The position numbers were made by a program, and so were the translations under genes. A DNA stretch of 63,838 bases, the filler included, from Octopus bimaculoides (lineage: Eukaryota), in assembly GCF_001194135.2 (NCBI RefSeq). It is 3 parts of 3 records of this genome, joined end to end, with 100 filler letters (N's around TTAATTAATTAA, not from the genome) between each part and the next. Parts side by side here need not be neighbours in the genome. Positions count along the whole stretch, not along the records: positions 33,231 to 63,838 come from NC_068990.1; 2 more parts are not named here. One strand, written 5' to 3'. The notes under the pieces are model-generated. The model saw only the letters and a list, made by a program, of their open reading frames with translations. It searched no databases and had not been told where the DNA came from. Below, piece after piece: positions 61,650-63,838 of this stretch; position 1 is the first letter of the stretch, and each line of letters begins with the position of its first letter.

Positions 61650-63370
61650 CACCAGAATAGAATCCCAAGGTATAACTATTTACATAGACATGAGACCATA
61701 GATGTTCTCGGAGTGGGAAGGTGTGATAGTCATGCCTTTCCCAAAAGGATTAGCAACATAACTGCCACCCATAAGACTATTAACATAATCATCCCCAATG
61801 TCCTAAGTTCAAATTCTTCTAGGGTCAAGTCATTCTCATCTTTCCAAGTTTGCTGATGGTCAAGTCATGTAAAGGGCTACTTGAACTGATTCTCTCACTT
61901 CCCTACGAATTTACCTTTGTAAGGAACCACTGTTATTTACAACTGTTTAAATCTTATGTTAAGGAGTGTTTTCATAGAAATCTAACAATGCTTGAACACG
62001 CTTGTCAAAAGTTTTCCACATAATTTAGCTACTGCAATTAATGACAATTTCTTGTTAGGAAAAAAGAAATGCTAAGTTGTGCTGTCAGTTTATATTCCAT
62101 CAGCAGTGTCAACATTCCAAGGATACAGAATCCAGGTATATTAGAACAGAAATAAACAGGTAACGTATTGCTCAAATTGACTGAAAATTCATGTCAAGTT
62201 GGGGATTCCATACAATGTACGAGGTAGTATCAAAAGGGTCCCAGACTAGTTATATAAGACAGCGACCTTTGAGCCGCATTTTCATCTCAGAAGTCTGCAG
62301 GTGCTAAACCTGGTGAATAAGGTGAGTGCAGAAGCAATACCATGTTGTTTTTGGTGAGAAACTCATGAGTAAGGAGAGCTTGTTGAAGAATCCAATTCTT
62401 AGTGCTCCACAGATCCAGTCGATTTCGCCAAACGTCCTCTTCAGACGCTTCAAAATGTCGCAGTGGAACTCTTGATTGACAGTCTGGCCCTGGGGGTCAA
62501 ATTCACAATGTACAATACCACATTTCTGGGGGCAATGCTCGTGGCAGGTCTTCCAGATTGCTCATCATCTTCCAAGGACGTTCTTCTGCTTTTGAAGTGC
62601 CTGTGCCACTCGAAACATTGCATATGACCCATTGCCTCAGTACCCTAAGCTTGCTGAAGCATGCTCAATGTCTCTGTAGCAGACTTCGTGAGTTTTATGC
62701 AAATTTCACGTGGGCCCTTTGACAAAATCGCAGACTACAGCATATGTGATCACAAAAAACACAAACTTCACAACTTGTGAAGTACACTCAGCAATATCAC
62801 TTGGCACACTGCTTCACGAAGATCACTGCTAGCTCTCATTGCACATGCTACCATGTGCTGGCATCTGCTTGCATGCTACAGAAATAGTCCAAGAACATTT
62901 TGATATCACCTTGTAAAACATCAAATCTTTGCCCTTAGCTGAAATAAATGAGATCATTTCTAGAAAAGTCAATGTTCCTATTAACAACCACTTAATTAGC
63001 AATGCAAGTTTTTTTATCAACATGATGGAGTGGAGTACAGAGGTTTGCTAACACAATGCCTGTGACAAGACATGAGCTAGTCACCAAATTACTCAAGCAC
63101 TGGTCATTTTGAAGTATCAATTTCACTGCATCTTGGAGCACAGAACATTAAGATCTCTGGTTGAAAGTACACCGAGTTTATTCCATCTGTTCTTCCTTTT
63201 TATGGGTCAGACAGAATTTGCTGCGGCAAGTTTTCCACAGGCAAACGCCCTTTTTATTGCCAACCTTCACCTGTTCCATTGCAAGATAGTGTCTCTCATG
63301 GCCAGATGTGTTTGTCACAGTCAAGTGGAAATGAACAACATTATCAAAATAGGTCCAAGATAAAATATCA
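61650..63370 (-). mobile_element. Ancient RTE (BovB-like) LINE RT relic split by a mariner insertion
   Basis: Eroded motifs read across frameshifts: AIKRAFA (DLTKAFD-like), GIVLA..LHSIM (GCVLAPTLFSIM-like), QLRAK (RLRAKT-like), TWKD-RMT and NIYGL. Confidence 0.55.
62218..62915 (-). mobile_element. Internally deleted mariner, same family as 11915-13033, TA TSD
   Basis: TIRs tacgaggtagtatcaaaagggtcccagactagt / atagtccaagaacattttgatatcaccttgta; CFEWHRHFKS..TSLEDDEQSGRPATS relic. Confidence 0.85.
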
Positions 63371-63431
63371 ATACAATTTATTTGTATATTCATATATATA
63401 TATATAGATAGATACGCATATATCTACATAT

Positions 63432-63471
<40 letters not shown>

Positions 63472-63512
63472 GTACACATATATATATACATATCTATATA
63501 TATATATACATT

Positions 63513-63547
<35 letters not shown>

Positions 63548-63576
63548 GCATATATATAAACATACATGTATATATG

Positions 63577-63830
63577 ATCATCATCGCTTAATATCCACTT
63601 TATATGCTGGCATGGTTTGGACAGTTTGACTGAGGACTGGTGAGCCACAGGCTGCACCAGCCTCAACCTGATCTGGCAAAGTTTCTACAGCTGGATGCCA
63701 TTCCTAACGCCAAACACTCAGAGAGTGTAGTGGGTGCTTTTATGTGCCACCGGCACGAAGACCAGTCAGGCGGTTCTGGCAAAGACCACACTCAAAAAGG
63801 TGTTTTTACATGCTACCTGCACACCAGCCA
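63577..63830 (-). mobile_element. RTE-clade LINE 3' UTR
   Basis: atcatcatcgcttaatatccac...catggtttggacagtttgactgaggactgg. Confidence 0.85.
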
Positions 63831-63838
63831 ATATATAT

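Noticed and set aside
61650-63370. Novel or endogenous viral ORF (peptides such as GDDYVNSLMGGSYVANPFGKG and GRLPVENLPQQILSDP looked protein-like)
   Set aside because: Alternative frames give ordered RTE reverse-transcriptase motif relics, so an ancient LINE is the simpler explanation. tBLASTn against RTE consensus would confirm.

Overview
AT-rich, microsatellite- and transposon-dense animal genomic DNA with many N gaps. The SINE/LINE families and repeat landscape point to an octopus genome; this is inferred from recognition, not from a search. No CRISPR arrays, rRNA or genuine tRNA genes were found, and most six-frame ORFs are microsatellite or N-gap artefacts. (1) 2488-19717 (+) carries the last seven coding exons (272 aa) of a KIF28/KLP-6-like kinesin-3. 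All have canonical AG/GT boundaries in compatible phases, and the protein ends in a CaaX-like motif (CEII*). Two stronger-looking downstream donors after the penultimate exon would give a CaaX-less isoform. (2) About 20-33 kb is an intergenic, CpG-retaining microsatellite field. It contains a small island with inverted CCAAT boxes and a CRE-like site, a dead Helitron 3' half with a nested Helentron-type MITE, and a 24-bp minisatellite whose units lose their CpGs across the array at the apparent methylation boundary. (3) About 34-63.8 kb is CpG-depleted and A-rich on +, and holds a chain of small, phase-compatible minus-strand exon candidates (including a 17-nt microexon). This suggests a convergent, unidentified gene at low-to-moderate confidence. 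Other relics include mariner, maT (DD37D), Gypsy integrase, RTE and CR1-like LINEs, three SINE families, piggyBac-type MITEs and a long foldback MITE. All alignments, counts and translations were done by eye.
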